This document shows, in pieces, positions 1 to 9,368 of a DNA stretch of 61,878 bases (within the stretch, counting starts at the first letter, position 1; each line of letters starts with the position of its first letter). The translations under genes were made by a program, and so were the position numbers. Under the pieces are notes generated by a model. It was not told the origin of the DNA. It saw only the letters and a list, made by a program, of their open reading frames with translations, and did no database searches. Source of the DNA: Gammaproteobacteria bacterium (GTDB taxonomy: Bacteria > Pseudomonadota > Gammaproteobacteria > Ga0077536); assembly GCA_020845935.1 (NCBI GenBank), contig JADLEV010000052.1:1-61878 (forward strand). The letters are read 5' to 3'.

Positions 1-782
1 AGTTTCTGGTCGATCACTCGCGCCGGACCGCCGCCATCGCACGGGTCATCGCCCGGCTCGAAGGCGTGGATGCGCTGCTGCCGGTCGTCATCGCGCTGTT
101 TCACGATGCCGGGAAATTCAACGACGGTGCCTACCACGCGGACGGGATTGCGGAGGAGGAACATGCCGCGATCCACGCGGGCCGCATGCTGGCCGCCGCC
201 GGCATGGTGCCGGACGAGATCGCCGTGGTGCAGGAATCGCTGCGCGCGCTCTATGACGAGCGCCACCCCTGCGTCGGCCCGAGCCGCATCGTGCAGGACG
301 CCGATCGGCTGGACAAGCTGGGGGCGCTCGGTGTCGGCGCATTCTTCACCAAGGCGACGCTACGCGGCCGCGGCCTGGTCGACGCGCTGCTGCAAACGGC
401 GAGCCGCGAGCTGACCTATGCGCTGGCGGCGCCGCGCGCGATGTTCACCGCGAGCGGCCGGCGCCTCGCCACGGAGCGCGCGGCCAGGACCGTGGCATAT
501 TTCGACGAGCTGTTCGCCGATCTGGAGCATTGGGGCATCGCGCAACTGGAACGGCGCACGCTGGCGCTTGCCGGCGAATTCCGCACCCGTGACGGCACCG
601 CGATCGATACCCTCGAGGTGACTCTGGTGCTGCCGCGCGCCTGCCCGGCGTGTGGCGGGGTGCTGGATCTGGCGCACCGGCGCGAGCGCGGCATCAAGTG
701 CGAGAAACTGGTGGCGAGGATTTCGTGCCCGGCGTGCGGGCATGAGCACGGGACCGCCTTTTGTCTGCCGGTGCTGGCCTGA
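1..782 (+). CDS. HD-domain phosphohydrolase with C-terminal zinc-ribbon-like motifs (5' partial)
   Basis: Frame 3 is open from the window edge (FLVDHSRRTAAIARVI... precedes the track Met at 66). HD-superfamily motifs ALFHDAGK and DADRLDKLGA. C-terminal CPACGG...CPACGH pair. Confidence 0.6.
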   Translation, partial: FLVDHSRRTAAIARVIARLEGVDALLPVVIALFHDAGKFNDGAYHADGIAEEEHAAIHAGRMLAAAGMVPDEIAVVQESLRALYDERHPCVGPSRIVQDADRLDKLGALGVGAFFTKATLRGRGLVDALLQTASRELTYALAAPRAMFTASGRRLATERAARTVAYFDELFADLEHWGIAQLERRTLALAGEFRTRDGTAIDTLEVTLVLPRACPACGGVLDLAHRRERGIKCEKLVARISCPACGHEHGTAFCLPVLA

Positions 783-1155
783 CGGGGCATTCAGCCGTCC
801 GGCAGTGGCGTGAATTCCCGCTCATCGCCGTCCGGCCACCGCATGCGTCCGGCACGCCAGTCTTGCCTTGGCCAGCCCGAGGGACACAACCCACGGCCGC
901 CCGAATCGTCCCGGAAATCGCGAGGCACAGCCTGCGGCCGCCATGCGCCGATAGCCCTCACCGCCGGTTTCGATGGCCATCGGCGGCTCTGTCTGGGCGT
1001 CGGCCGACACCCACGGAGCGTGCCCACCGGACGGTGCCGGCAAGCGGACACCCTGTTATGCTGCGGCTTGCTTGTCAGGCCGATACCGGCGATAACCTAC
1101 TAAATTCGTTAGTATTTCTTGAAACCGGTAAAATGATACGACAATTCGCATTTAG

Positions 1156-1169
1156 TTGATCGGTGTCAA
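1156..1169 (+). promoter_or_regulatory. Candidate FNR/CRP-family operator
   Basis: TTGATcggtGTCAA matches the TTGAT-N4-ATCAA consensus at 9 of 10 positions. It lies in the only AT-rich stretch (about 1085-1200) of the 514-nt spacer, ~135 nt upstream of the first cluster gene. Confidence 0.3.
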
Positions 1170-1301
1170 TTGGACCCGGTCTCTGGCTCGGGAAACTTAG
1201 CCTCGCCGGAATATCGCCTGGCCTATCCTGAATAGTTCCTGGAAGATCTTGTTCAGCGCTGATTCAACACGCAATACCCGGACCCCGGGCTGGAGTTGGC
1301 T

Positions 1302-2453
1302 GTGGAAACACTCGTTCCTCTGAAAGAAATCGCCGACGCGATCAAGCTGAACGGCGGCGTCACCGCCGACCTGTGCTACCAGTGCGGCACCTGCGACGTC
1401 GTCTGCCCGTGGAATCGGGTGAGCAGGTTCAGCATGCGCAAGATCGTCCGTCAGGCGGCGCTCGGTCTCACCGAGATCGAGAGCGAGGACATCTGGCGCT
1501 GCACCACCTGCGGCACCTGCCCGCAGCGCTGCCCGCGCGGCGTCAATCAGATCGAACTCGGCCGCTCGTTGCGCCGCATCGCGACCGAGTATGGCGTCTT
1601 TCCGGACTCGGTGACGCCGATCGTCACCGTCGCCGGCAGCCTGATGAGCGAAGGCAACCCGTTCGATCTGGCGCGCGGCAAACGCGCCGAGTGGGCCCAG
1701 GGGCTCGGGGTCAGGCAGTTCAAGGAAGGCATGGAGATCCTGTACCTGCCGGGTTGTTACCTCGCCTACGATCCGCGAATGAAGAAGGTAGCGGTCGCGA
1801 CCGCGAAGATCCTGAACGCCGCCGGCGTCGATTACGGCATCCTTGGCGACAAGGAAAGCTGCTGCGGCGAGAGCATCCGCAAGGCCGGCAACGAGGAAGC
1901 GTTCCGCCACCTCGCCAAGTCGAACATCAAGAACCTGATTGAGGCCGGCGTGAAGAAGATCCTGGTCTCGTCGCCGCACTGTTATCACACCTACAAGAAT
2001 GAATACCCCGAATTCGGCGTGCACTTCGAGATCGTGCACATCTCGCAGTACCTGAAGCAGTTGATGCAGGAGGGCCGGTTGCAGCCAAAGCAGGAATACG
2101 TCCGCAAGATCACCTACCACGATCCGTGCTATCTCGGCCGGCACAACGGCGTGTTCGACGCGCCGCGCGAGGTGTTGAACAAGGTGCTCGGCACCGAGCT
2201 GAACGAACTGGCCGAACGGCGCGAAAACAGCTTCTGCTGCGGCGGTGGCGGTGGCCGCATCTGGATGGAGACGCCGAAGGAGGAACGCTTCTCCGACGTG
2301 CGGCTGCGCCAGGCCGTCGATCTCGGCGCCGAGGTGCTGGTGACGGCGTGCCCGTATTGCATCACCAACTTCACGGATTCGAGCCTGCGCCTGGATCAGG
2401 GCCAGGCGATCGAGGTCAAGGACATCACCGAAGTCGTCGCGGAAAGTCTCTAG
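1302..2453 (+). CDS. HdrD-like Fe-S protein (2x[4Fe-4S] plus two CCG domains); BamD-like
   Basis: CYQCGTCDVVCP and CTTCGTCPQRCP ferredoxin motifs, then two CCG-type motifs (SCCGES; FCCGGGGG...ACPYC). GGAG lies 6 nt before GTG 1302; the track's TTG 1296 is an alternative start. Confidence 0.8.
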   Translation: METLVPLKEIADAIKLNGGVTADLCYQCGTCDVVCPWNRVSRFSMRKIVRQAALGLTEIESEDIWRCTTCGTCPQRCPRGVNQIELGRSLRRIATEYGVFPDSVTPIVTVAGSLMSEGNPFDLARGKRAEWAQGLGVRQFKEGMEILYLPGCYLAYDPRMKKVAVATAKILNAAGVDYGILGDKESCCGESIRKAGNEEAFRHLAKSNIKNLIEAGVKKILVSSPHCYHTYKNEYPEFGVHFEIVHISQYLKQLMQEGRLQPKQEYVRKITYHDPCYLGRHNGVFDAPREVLNKVLGTELNELAERRENSFCCGGGGGRIWMETPKEERFSDVRLRQAVDLGAEVLVTACPYCITNFTDSSLRLDQGQAIEVKDITEVVAESL

Positions 2454-2461
2454 GAGGTACC

Positions 2462-5400
2462 GTGAGCACCACAGCGATCGAACAATTGCAGTTGAGCCGC
2501 CAGAACAGCGATCGGCTCGGCGACGTCATGGTCGTCGGTGCCGGCATCAGCGGCATCCAGGCTGCGCTGGATCTGGCCGAAACCGGCTTTCGCGTCTATC
2601 TGGTCGAGAAGGCCCCGGCGATCGGCGGCAAGATGTCACAGCTCGACAAGACCTTCCCGTCGAACGACTGCTCGATGTGCATCGAGTCGCCGAAGTTCAT
2701 CGAGTGCAGCCGCCATCCGAACATCGAGATCCTGACCACCACCGAGATCCTGCGGGTCGAGGAATCGGACGAGGGCGACTTCCAGATCACGCTGAACCGA
2801 AAGCCGCGCTACGTCATCGAGGATCGCTGCACCGGTTGCACCACCTGCGTCGAGTTCTGTCCGGCGCAGATGCCGGACCCGTACAACCAGCGCCTCAACC
2901 TGACCAAGGCGATCCACATCCAGTTCTCGCAGGCGACGCCGCTGGTCACCTACATCGATCCGGAGCACTGCTTCTATCTCAAGGACGAGCGCTGCCAGAT
3001 CTGCGTCGGCGTCTGCAAACACAACGCCATCGATCTGCACCAGAAGCCGCAACGCCGTACCGTCACGGTCGGCTCGGTGGTGCTGGCGCCGGGCTTCGAG
3101 ACCTTCGACCCCGCGCTGCGCGGCGACTTTGGCTATGGCCGGTTCAAGAACGTCGTCACCAGCCTCGAATTCGAACGGATGATCTCGGCCACCGGCCCGG
3201 GCGCCGGCCACGTGCTGCGGCCGTCCGACAGCAAGCATCCACACCGCATCGCCTGGGTGCAGTGCGTCGGCTCGCGCCAGGTGATCCCCGGCGGCAACAG
3301 CTATTGCTCGTCGGTCTGCTGCTCGTACACCCAGAAGCAGGTGATCCTCGCCAAGGATCATCTGCCCGAGCTGAACGCGACCGTGTTCCACAACGACATC
3401 CGCGCCTTCAGCAAGGACTTCGAACGCTACTACCAGCGCGCCTCGGGGCTGTCCGACGTGCGCTTCATCCGCAGCTATACCTCGGTCGGCCGTGAGTTGC
3501 CGGGGTCGGACAACGTCACCATCCGCTACGCGACCGACGAGGATGGGGTCAAGGAGGAGGAGTTCGATCTGGTGGTGCTGTCGGTGGGTCTGAATCCGCC
3601 GAAGGATGCCAAGGATCTCGCCGCCAAGTTCGGCATCGAGCTGAACGCGCATGGCTTCTGCAAGACCAATCCGATGAATCCGATCGAGACGACCCGTCCG
3701 GGCGTCTTCGCCAGTGGCGCGTTCTTTGGGCCGGCGGACATTCCGGAATCGGTCTGGTCCGCGAGCGGCGCGAGCGCGCTGTGCGGCACCGTGCTCGCGG
3801 CGCGACGCGGCAAGCTGAGCCGTGAGCGTGAATATCCCGAAGAGCGCGATGTCTCGAAGGAAGAGCCGAAGGTCGGCGTATTCGTCTGCCATTGCGGCGC
3901 GAACATTGGCCGCGTCGTCAACGTGCCTTCGGTCGTCGAATACGCCAAGGGCCTGAAGAACGTGGTGCACGCGCAGGAAAGCCTGTTCGCCTGCTCGACC
4001 GACAACGCCCAGCAGATCTCGGACGTGATCCGCGAGAAGGGGCTGAACCGCGTCGTCATCGCGGCCTGCTCACCGCGCACGCTGGAGCCGCTGTTCCGCG
4101 ACACCGTGCGCGAGGGCGGCATCAATCAGTACTTCATGGACATGGCCAACATCCGCGAGCACTGTTCGTGGGTGCATTCGAAGGAGAAGGACGCGGCGAC
4201 GCAGAAGGCGAAGGAGATCGTCAGCATGTCGGTCGCTCGCACCAGCCTGCTCGAACCGCTGAGCGAGATCGAGCTGCCGATCAACAAGTCGGTGCTGATC
4301 ATCGGCGGCGGTGTCGCCGGCATGAACGCGGCGCTGACGATGGCGAGCCAGGGCTTCGAGGTCAGCCTGGTCGAGAAGGACAAGGATCTCGGCGGCATGG
4401 CGCGCCGCATCCACTACACGCTGGAAGGCACCGACGTGCAGGCCTACGTCAAGGAGATGTCGCAGCAGGTCTACCGCAATCCGCAGATCCGCGTGATCAC
4501 CGAAGCGGTAATCGAGGAAGTCTCCGGCTACGTCGGCAACTTCGTCACCAAGGTGCGGGCGCAGAAGCGGCTGCGCGAGGTCAAGCACGGCGCGGCGATC
4601 ATCGCCATCGGCGCCCAGGAATACCAACCGACCGAACACCTGTACGGCCTGCACACCGGCGTCCTGACCCAGCTCGAACTCGAAGGCCGCATCGCCGCGA
4701 GTGAACCGGCGGTGACCGGCGCCGAAGGCGTGGTGATGATCCAATGCGTCGGCTGCCGCAACAAGGAGCGCAACTACTGCGCCCGCGTCTGTTGCAGTCA
4801 GGCGATCAAGAACGCGCTGAAACTGAAGGAGCAGAAGCCCGAGCGGGAGGTGACCATCGTCTACCGCGACATGCGCACCTATGGCTATCGCGAGAACTAT
4901 TACCGCGAGGCGGCGAGCAAGGGCGTCCGCTTCGTCCGCTTCACGCCGGAGCACGAACCGGTCGTGGCGCCGATCCGGGAAGGCGGCAAGGAACAGCTGC
5001 GCGTGACGGTGTTCGATCCGATCCTGGGCCAGCCGCTCGCGCTCGATACCGATCTGGTCGCGCTGTCCGCTGCGGTCGTGCCGTCGGCGTCGGCGCAGCA
5101 GATCTCGCGCCTGTTCAAGGTGCCGCTGAGTCCCGATGGCTTCTTCCTCGAAGCGCACGTCAAGCTTCGGCCGGTCGATTTTTCCGCCGAGGGCGTGTTC
5201 CTTTGCGGCACGGCGCACTATCCGAAACACATCGGCGAGACCATCAGTCAGTCCTGCGGTGCCGCCGGCCGCGCCATCGCGACGTTGTCACAAGATGCCG
5301 TGATCGCCACTGGCGCCATCTGCGACGTCAAGGAAGATGCCTGTGTCGCCTGCGGCGCCTGCATCTCGGCCTGCGCCTACGACGCGATCGATTTCGTTGA

Positions 5401-5542
5401 AACGGCGCATGGCAAGAAGGCGCACGTCAACCCGATCCTGTGCAAGGGCGACGGGCTGTGCAATTCGAAGTGCCCGACCAAGGCCATCTTCCTGAACCAT
5501 TTCACCGACGAAGAAATCTTCGCTCAGATCGACGCGGCATAG
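2462..5542 (+). CDS. Large HdrA-like flavoprotein, two tandem HdrA-type FAD modules plus ferredoxin domains (~1026 aa); BamE-like
   Basis: Two dinucleotide-binding motifs (VVGAGISGIQAALDLAE; IIGGGVAGMNAALTMAS). HdrA hallmarks DCSMCI and VFVCHCGANIG. Several CxxCxxCxxxCP motifs. AGGAGG lies 5 nt upstream of GTG 2462; the track start 2126 overlaps the previous gene and is rejected. Confidence 0.8.
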   Translation: MSTTAIEQLQLSRQNSDRLGDVMVVGAGISGIQAALDLAETGFRVYLVEKAPAIGGKMSQLDKTFPSNDCSMCIESPKFIECSRHPNIEILTTTEILRVEESDEGDFQITLNRKPRYVIEDRCTGCTTCVEFCPAQMPDPYNQRLNLTKAIHIQFSQATPLVTYIDPEHCFYLKDERCQICVGVCKHNAIDLHQKPQRRTVTVGSVVLAPGFETFDPALRGDFGYGRFKNVVTSLEFERMISATGPGAGHVLRPSDSKHPHRIAWVQCVGSRQVIPGGNSYCSSVCCSYTQKQVILAKDHLPELNATVFHNDIRAFSKDFERYYQRASGLSDVRFIRSYTSVGRELPGSDNVTIRYATDEDGVKEEEFDLVVLSVGLNPPKDAKDLAAKFGIELNAHGFCKTNPMNPIETTRPGVFASGAFFGPADIPESVWSASGASALCGTVLAARRGKLSREREYPEERDVSKEEPKVGVFVCHCGANIGRVVNVPSVVEYAKGLKNVVHAQESLFACSTDNAQQISDVIREKGLNRVVIAACSPRTLEPLFRDTVREGGINQYFMDMANIREHCSWVHSKEKDAATQKAKEIVSMSVARTSLLEPLSEIELPINKSVLIIGGGVAGMNAALTMASQGFEVSLVEKDKDLGGMARRIHYTLEGTDVQAYVKEMSQQVYRNPQIRVITEAVIEEVSGYVGNFVTKVRAQKRLREVKHGAAIIAIGAQEYQPTEHLYGLHTGVLTQLELEGRIAASEPAVTGAEGVVMIQCVGCRNKERNYCARVCCSQAIKNALKLKEQKPEREVTIVYRDMRTYGYRENYYREAASKGVRFVRFTPEHEPVVAPIREGGKEQLRVTVFDPILGQPLALDTDLVALSAAVVPSASAQQISRLFKVPLSPDGFFLEAHVKLRPVDFSAEGVFLCGTAHYPKHIGETISQSCGAAGRAIATLSQDAVIATGAICDVKEDACVACGACISACAYDAIDFVETAHGKKAHVNPILCKGDGLCNSKCPTKAIFLNHFTDEEIFAQIDAA

Positions 5543-5555
5543 GCTGGAACGAACC

Positions 5556-6323
5556 ATGGCGATACCCGAAAACTTCCGACCCAAAATCCTGGGCTTCCTC
5601 TGCAACTGGTGCAGCTACGCCGGCGCCGATCTCTGCGGCACGTCGCGCTATCAGTATCCGCCGAGCCTGCGCATCATCCGCATGATGTGCTCGGGCCGGA
5701 TGGATCTCGACTTCGTGCTGCGCGCGCTCAGCAACGGTAACGACGGCGTCTTCATCGGCGGCTGCTGGCTCGGCGAATGCCATTACGTCACCGAAGGCAA
5801 TTACGACGCGCTGTCGGTGCTGCATCTGGCAAAGAAGCTGCTGGCAAAGGTCGGCATCAATCCGGCGCGCATCCGGCTGGAATGGGTGTCAGCGTCGCAG
5901 GGCAACCGCTTCGCCGAGGTCGTCACCGAATTCACCAACGAACTGACCACACTCGGCCCGCTCGGTGAAGGCGAGGGCATCGATCCGGCGACGCTGAAGC
6001 TGAAGCTCGATGCCGTGGCGCGGCTATTGCCGTACATCAAGCTGGTCGAGCGTGAAAAGATCCGCGTGCGCTTCGAGAACAAGGAGGAATACGCCGAGTT
6101 CTTCGACAGCCCCGCGCTGAACGCGCTGTTCGACACGACCATCGCCGACAAGCTCGCGATCAGCCAGATCCTCGGCTTGCTGCACGAGCGCCAGCGCTCG
6201 ACCCGCGAAATCGCCGATACGCTCAACATGCCGATATCGGAAGTCACCGAACGGCTCAAGGATTCGTCGCGGCAGAAGCTGGTCCGCTTCGACGAAGCCG
6301 AAAAGTGCTACGCCCTCGCCTGA
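5556..6323 (+). CDS. MvhD/FlpD-like (methyl-viologen-reducing hydrogenase delta subunit family); BamF-like
   Basis: ILGFLCNWCSYAGADLCG...RMMCSGR...IGGCWLGECHY is the typical MvhD cysteine pattern. Starts 14 nt after the HdrA-like stop. Confidence 0.8.
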   Translation: MAIPENFRPKILGFLCNWCSYAGADLCGTSRYQYPPSLRIIRMMCSGRMDLDFVLRALSNGNDGVFIGGCWLGECHYVTEGNYDALSVLHLAKKLLAKVGINPARIRLEWVSASQGNRFAEVVTEFTNELTTLGPLGEGEGIDPATLKLKLDAVARLLPYIKLVEREKIRVRFENKEEYAEFFDSPALNALFDTTIADKLAISQILGLLHERQRSTREIADTLNMPISEVTERLKDSSRQKLVRFDEAEKCYALA

Positions 6324-6334
6324 GCGCAAACACC

Positions 6335-6790
6335 ATGACGGATACGACCAAAGTCCAACAAATCATCGATCGTCACGATGCGCGCGAAGGCGCGTTGATC
6401 GAGATCCTGCTCGACATCCAGCACGAGTTTCACTGGTTGCCGAGCGAAGCCCTGGAACTCGTCAGCGATCGGCTCAACGTGCCGATGGGCCGGATCCGGC
6501 ATACCGCGACCTTCTACAAGGCGTTCAGCCTGGTGCCGAAGGGCCGCCACGAGATCAACGTCTGCATGGGCACCGCCTGCCATGTCCGTGGCGCGCAACG
6601 GGTGCTCGAAGTAATCCAGAACACCACCGGCCTGATGCCCGGCGAAACCGACGCGGAGATGAAATACAGCCTCGACACCGTCAACTGCATCGGCTGCTGC
6701 GCGCTCGGTCCGGTCATCGAGATCGACAAGGAGCAGCACGGCAAGCTGGTGCCTGGCAAGACCGCTGCGTTGTTGAAGAGATATGAATAG
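6335..6790 (+). CDS. NuoE/HoxE-like [2Fe-2S] thioredoxin-like subunit; BamG-like
   Basis: NVCMGTACHVRG...CIGCCALGP is the NuoE-type 2Fe-2S motif. ATG 6335 gives the typical ~150-aa size. Confidence 0.85.
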   Translation: MTDTTKVQQIIDRHDAREGALIEILLDIQHEFHWLPSEALELVSDRLNVPMGRIRHTATFYKAFSLVPKGRHEINVCMGTACHVRGAQRVLEVIQNTTGLMPGETDAEMKYSLDTVNCIGCCALGPVIEIDKEQHGKLVPGKTAALLKRYE

Positions 6791-8708
6791 CATGCTGAAT
6801 ACCTCCGCCGATCTCGAACGCCATCGCGCCGAACTGCTCGCCCGGCGCGATCCCGACAAACATTGCATCGCCGTCTGCGCGGGCGCCGGGTGCCTCGCGA
6901 GCGGCGCGACCAAATTGATCGCCGCGCTCGACGCCGAGATCGACAGGCAGGGTCTGGGTGACAAGGTCGAGGTCAAGGGAACCGGCTGCCCCGGCTTTTG
7001 CGAGCGCGGCCCGGTGGTCGTGATCGAACCGAACGAGACGACCTATCTCGACGTCAAGGCCAAGGACGCGACCGAGATCATCAACAAGACGATCAAGAAC
7101 GGCGTGCTGGTCGATCGGCTGCTGTATGCCGATGCCGACGAAGCGCGCATTGCGCGCGGCGCCGATATCCCGTTCTATCGCAACCAGCAGCGCAACATCA
7201 TCGGCAACAACATCAAGCTCGATCCCAAGCGGATCGAGGATTACCTCGCGATCGGCGGTTATGGCGCGCTGGCGAAGGCGCTGACGACGATGACTGCCGC
7301 CATGGTGGTCGATGAAGTGAAGCGATCCGGCCTGCGTGGCCGTGGCGGCGGCGGCTTCCCGACCGGCATCAAGTGGGACGCCGCACGCAATGCGCCCGGC
7401 GACGAGAAGTACGTGATCGTCAATGCCGACGAAGGCGATCCGGGCGCGTTCATGGATCGTGCCGTGCTCGAAGGCAATCCGCATTCGGTGATCGAGGGTC
7501 TGGTCATCGGCGGCTTTGCCATCGGCGCGCGCCACGGTTACGTCTACGTGCGCCAGGAATATCCGCTCGCGCTCGAAAACATCACCATCGCGATCCGTCA
7601 GGCCGAGGAACTCGGTCTGCTCGGCACGAACATTCTCGGTTCTGGTTTCGACTTCAAGATCACGGTGCAACGCGGTGCCGGCGCCTTCGTCTGCGGCGAG
7701 GAAACCGCGCTGCTGCTGTCGCTCGAAGGCAAGCCGGGCGAGCCGCGCGCGCGCCCGCCCTATCCGGCGACCAAGGGCCTCTGGGGCAAGCCAAGCAACA
7801 TCAACAACGTCGAGACCTGGGCAAACATTCCGCTGATCATCGCCAACGGCGCCGCCTGGTTCAGCGAGCTGGGCACCGATCGCAGCAAGGGCACGAAGAT
7901 CTTCTCGCTGGTCGGCAAGATCAAGAACACCGGCCTCGTCGAAGTGCCGATGGGCGTGACGCTGCGCAACATCATCTACGACATCGGTGGCGGCATCCCG
8001 AACGGCAAGAAGTTCAAGGCGGTGCAGACCGGCGGCCCGGCCGGCGGCTGCATTCCCGAGTCGCACCTCGACACGCCGGTCGACTTCGACGAGCTGATCA
8101 AGGCCGGCGCGATCATGGGCTCCGGCGGCATGATCGTGATGGACGAAGACACCTGCATGGTCGATGTCGCGCGCTACTTCCTGAACTTCCTGTCGCAGGA
8201 ATCCTGCGGCAAGTGCTCGCCGTGCCGTGAAGGCATCAAGCAGATGCACCGCATCGTCAAGAACATCACCGAGGGCCACGGCAAGGAAGGTGATCTGGAG
8301 ACGCTGGAAGAACTGGCGGTCGCCGCGAATGCGTCGCTGTGCGCGCTCGGCCGCAGCGCGCCGAACCCGGTGCTGTCGACGCTGCGGCACTTCCGCGCAG
8401 AGTACGAAGCGCATATCCGCGACAAGCAATGTCCGGCGCTGTCCTGCAAGAGCTTGATCTCGTACTACATCAATCCGGATGCCTGCACCGCGTGCCTGCT
8501 GTGCTTCAAGAACTGCGCCTCGCAGGCCATCATCGGTGATCGCGATCACATCCACGTTATCGATCAATCGAAGTGCGATCGCTGCCGCACCTGCTACGAG
8601 GTCTGCCCGCCGAAATACAATGCCGTGGTCCGGGTCTCCGGCCGCACGGTGCCGGATCCGTTGCCGGAGGAACAACGCCTCCGCGTCCGTACCGGCGCGG
8701 CGAGCTGA
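6783..8708 (+). CDS. NuoF/HoxF-like NAD(P)H- and FMN-binding subunit with N-terminal 2Fe-2S and C-terminal 2x[4Fe-4S] extensions; BamH-like
   Basis: GLRGRGGGGFPTGIKW (FMN site) and ESCGKCSPCREG (N3 cluster). N-terminal CAGAGC...CPGFCERGP. C-terminal CTACLLCFKNC and CDRCRTCYEVCP. Start 6783 overlaps the NuoE-like stop; ATG 6792 is an alternative. Confidence 0.85.
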   Translation: MNSMLNTSADLERHRAELLARRDPDKHCIAVCAGAGCLASGATKLIAALDAEIDRQGLGDKVEVKGTGCPGFCERGPVVVIEPNETTYLDVKAKDATEIINKTIKNGVLVDRLLYADADEARIARGADIPFYRNQQRNIIGNNIKLDPKRIEDYLAIGGYGALAKALTTMTAAMVVDEVKRSGLRGRGGGGFPTGIKWDAARNAPGDEKYVIVNADEGDPGAFMDRAVLEGNPHSVIEGLVIGGFAIGARHGYVYVRQEYPLALENITIAIRQAEELGLLGTNILGSGFDFKITVQRGAGAFVCGEETALLLSLEGKPGEPRARPPYPATKGLWGKPSNINNVETWANIPLIIANGAAWFSELGTDRSKGTKIFSLVGKIKNTGLVEVPMGVTLRNIIYDIGGGIPNGKKFKAVQTGGPAGGCIPESHLDTPVDFDELIKAGAIMGSGGMIVMDEDTCMVDVARYFLNFLSQESCGKCSPCREGIKQMHRIVKNITEGHGKEGDLETLEELAVAANASLCALGRSAPNPVLSTLRHFRAEYEAHIRDKQCPALSCKSLISYYINPDACTACLLCFKNCASQAIIGDRDHIHVIDQSKCDRCRTCYEVCPPKYNAVVRVSGRTVPDPLPEEQRLRVRTGAAS

Positions 8709-8721
8709 CGAAGCGACTGCC

Positions 8722-9357
8722 ATGACCGACATCACGTTGACCATCGACGGCCAGACCGTCACCGCGAGCGAAGGTGCGACCGTGCTCGACGCCGCGCGCG
8801 CCGCCGGCATCGCCATTCCGACCGTTTGCCATCACGAGAAGCTGGAGCCGTTCGGCGGCTGTCGGCTGTGCGTGGTCGAGGCCGAAGCGGGTGGCCGCAC
8901 CAGCCTCGCCGCCTCCTGCATCTTCCCGGTCCAGCAGGGTCTGAACGTGCGCACGCGCACGCCGCAGATCGAGCAGGTGCGCAAGGTGCTGACCGAGCAG
9001 CTGCTGGCGCACGCGCCGGAATCCGAGGTGCTGCTGAAGCTCGCCGAGGACTACCACGCCAACAAGGATCGCTTTCCGCGTGAGCCCTCGTTCTGCATTT
9101 TGTGCGGCCTGTGCGTGCGCTATTGCGCTGAGGTGAAGCAGCTCAACGCGGTCAGCTTCGTCGACCGCGGTCCGACCCGCGAGATTAGCTTCGATCCTGA
9201 GATCGCGAACCGCGAGTGCTGGGAGTGCAAGGAGTGCTTCCCGCTGTGCCCGACTTCGGCCCTGCAGGCGGCCTATGTATTGATGAAATCACTGACGGCA
9301 TTTTCCCCATCGGCGCACTGCGCGGCCGCGACCCCGGCCAAACAGGCGACAGCGTAG
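8722..9357 (+). CDS. NuoG N-terminal-like [2Fe-2S]/[4Fe-4S] ferredoxin (~211 aa); BamI-like
   Basis: MTDITLTIDGQTV...CHHEKLEPFGGCRLCVVE plant-type 2Fe-2S motif, then CILCGLCVRYC and CWECKECFPLCP. Internal ATG 8722 chosen; the track start 8479 overlaps the NuoF-like gene. Confidence 0.75.
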   Translation: MTDITLTIDGQTVTASEGATVLDAARAAGIAIPTVCHHEKLEPFGGCRLCVVEAEAGGRTSLAASCIFPVQQGLNVRTRTPQIEQVRKVLTEQLLAHAPESEVLLKLAEDYHANKDRFPREPSFCILCGLCVRYCAEVKQLNAVSFVDRGPTREISFDPEIANRECWECKECFPLCPTSALQAAYVLMKSLTAFSPSAHCAAATPAKQATA

Positions 9358-9368
9358 AGGCAAGAACC

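Noticed and set aside
761-1159. ORFs filling the 783-1295 spacer (761-1159 +, 791-1051 -, 810-1103 +, 822-1043 -).
   Set aside because: They mutually overlap in several frames, are Arg/Pro-rich, and have no motifs or ribosome-binding sites. Treated as non-coding spacer.
1176-1200. Possible sigma-54 promoter (TGGCTCgggaaaCTTAGC) upstream of the Bam-like operon, considered because rpoN is in the window.
   Set aside because: The spacing does not satisfy GG-N10-GC and the -12 element is not TTGC-like.
2126-2461. Upstream extensions of track ORFs (e.g. HdrA-like from 2126, BamI-like from 8479, AOR from 9216, ptsI ORF up to 14824, lptC from 21058, nadA from 33845).
   Set aside because: The extensions overlap the preceding genes in another frame and have junk composition. 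Internal starts give family-typical N-termini, and in at least two cases (2462, 1302) follow a clear ribosome-binding site.
2462-6323. Selenocysteine (in-frame TGA) recoding in the HdrA-like and MvhD-like genes, as reported for some Hdr/Mvh-type proteins.
   Set aside because: Both frames are continuous with no internal TGA, so Cys versions are encoded. No SECIS-like interruption needs to be explained.
6714-8816. Very long antisense ORFs. Examples: 6714-8816 (-), 2636-3970 (-), 12341-13801 (+), 19480-22050 (+), 25920-27221 (+), 41455-43527 (+), 43540-45339 (+), 47041-48885 (-), 58717-60009 (+).
   Set aside because: Each lies opposite a gene with clear family motifs. Their translations are Arg/Ala/Gly/Pro-rich and motif-free, as expected for stop-poor alternative frames in ~65% GC DNA.
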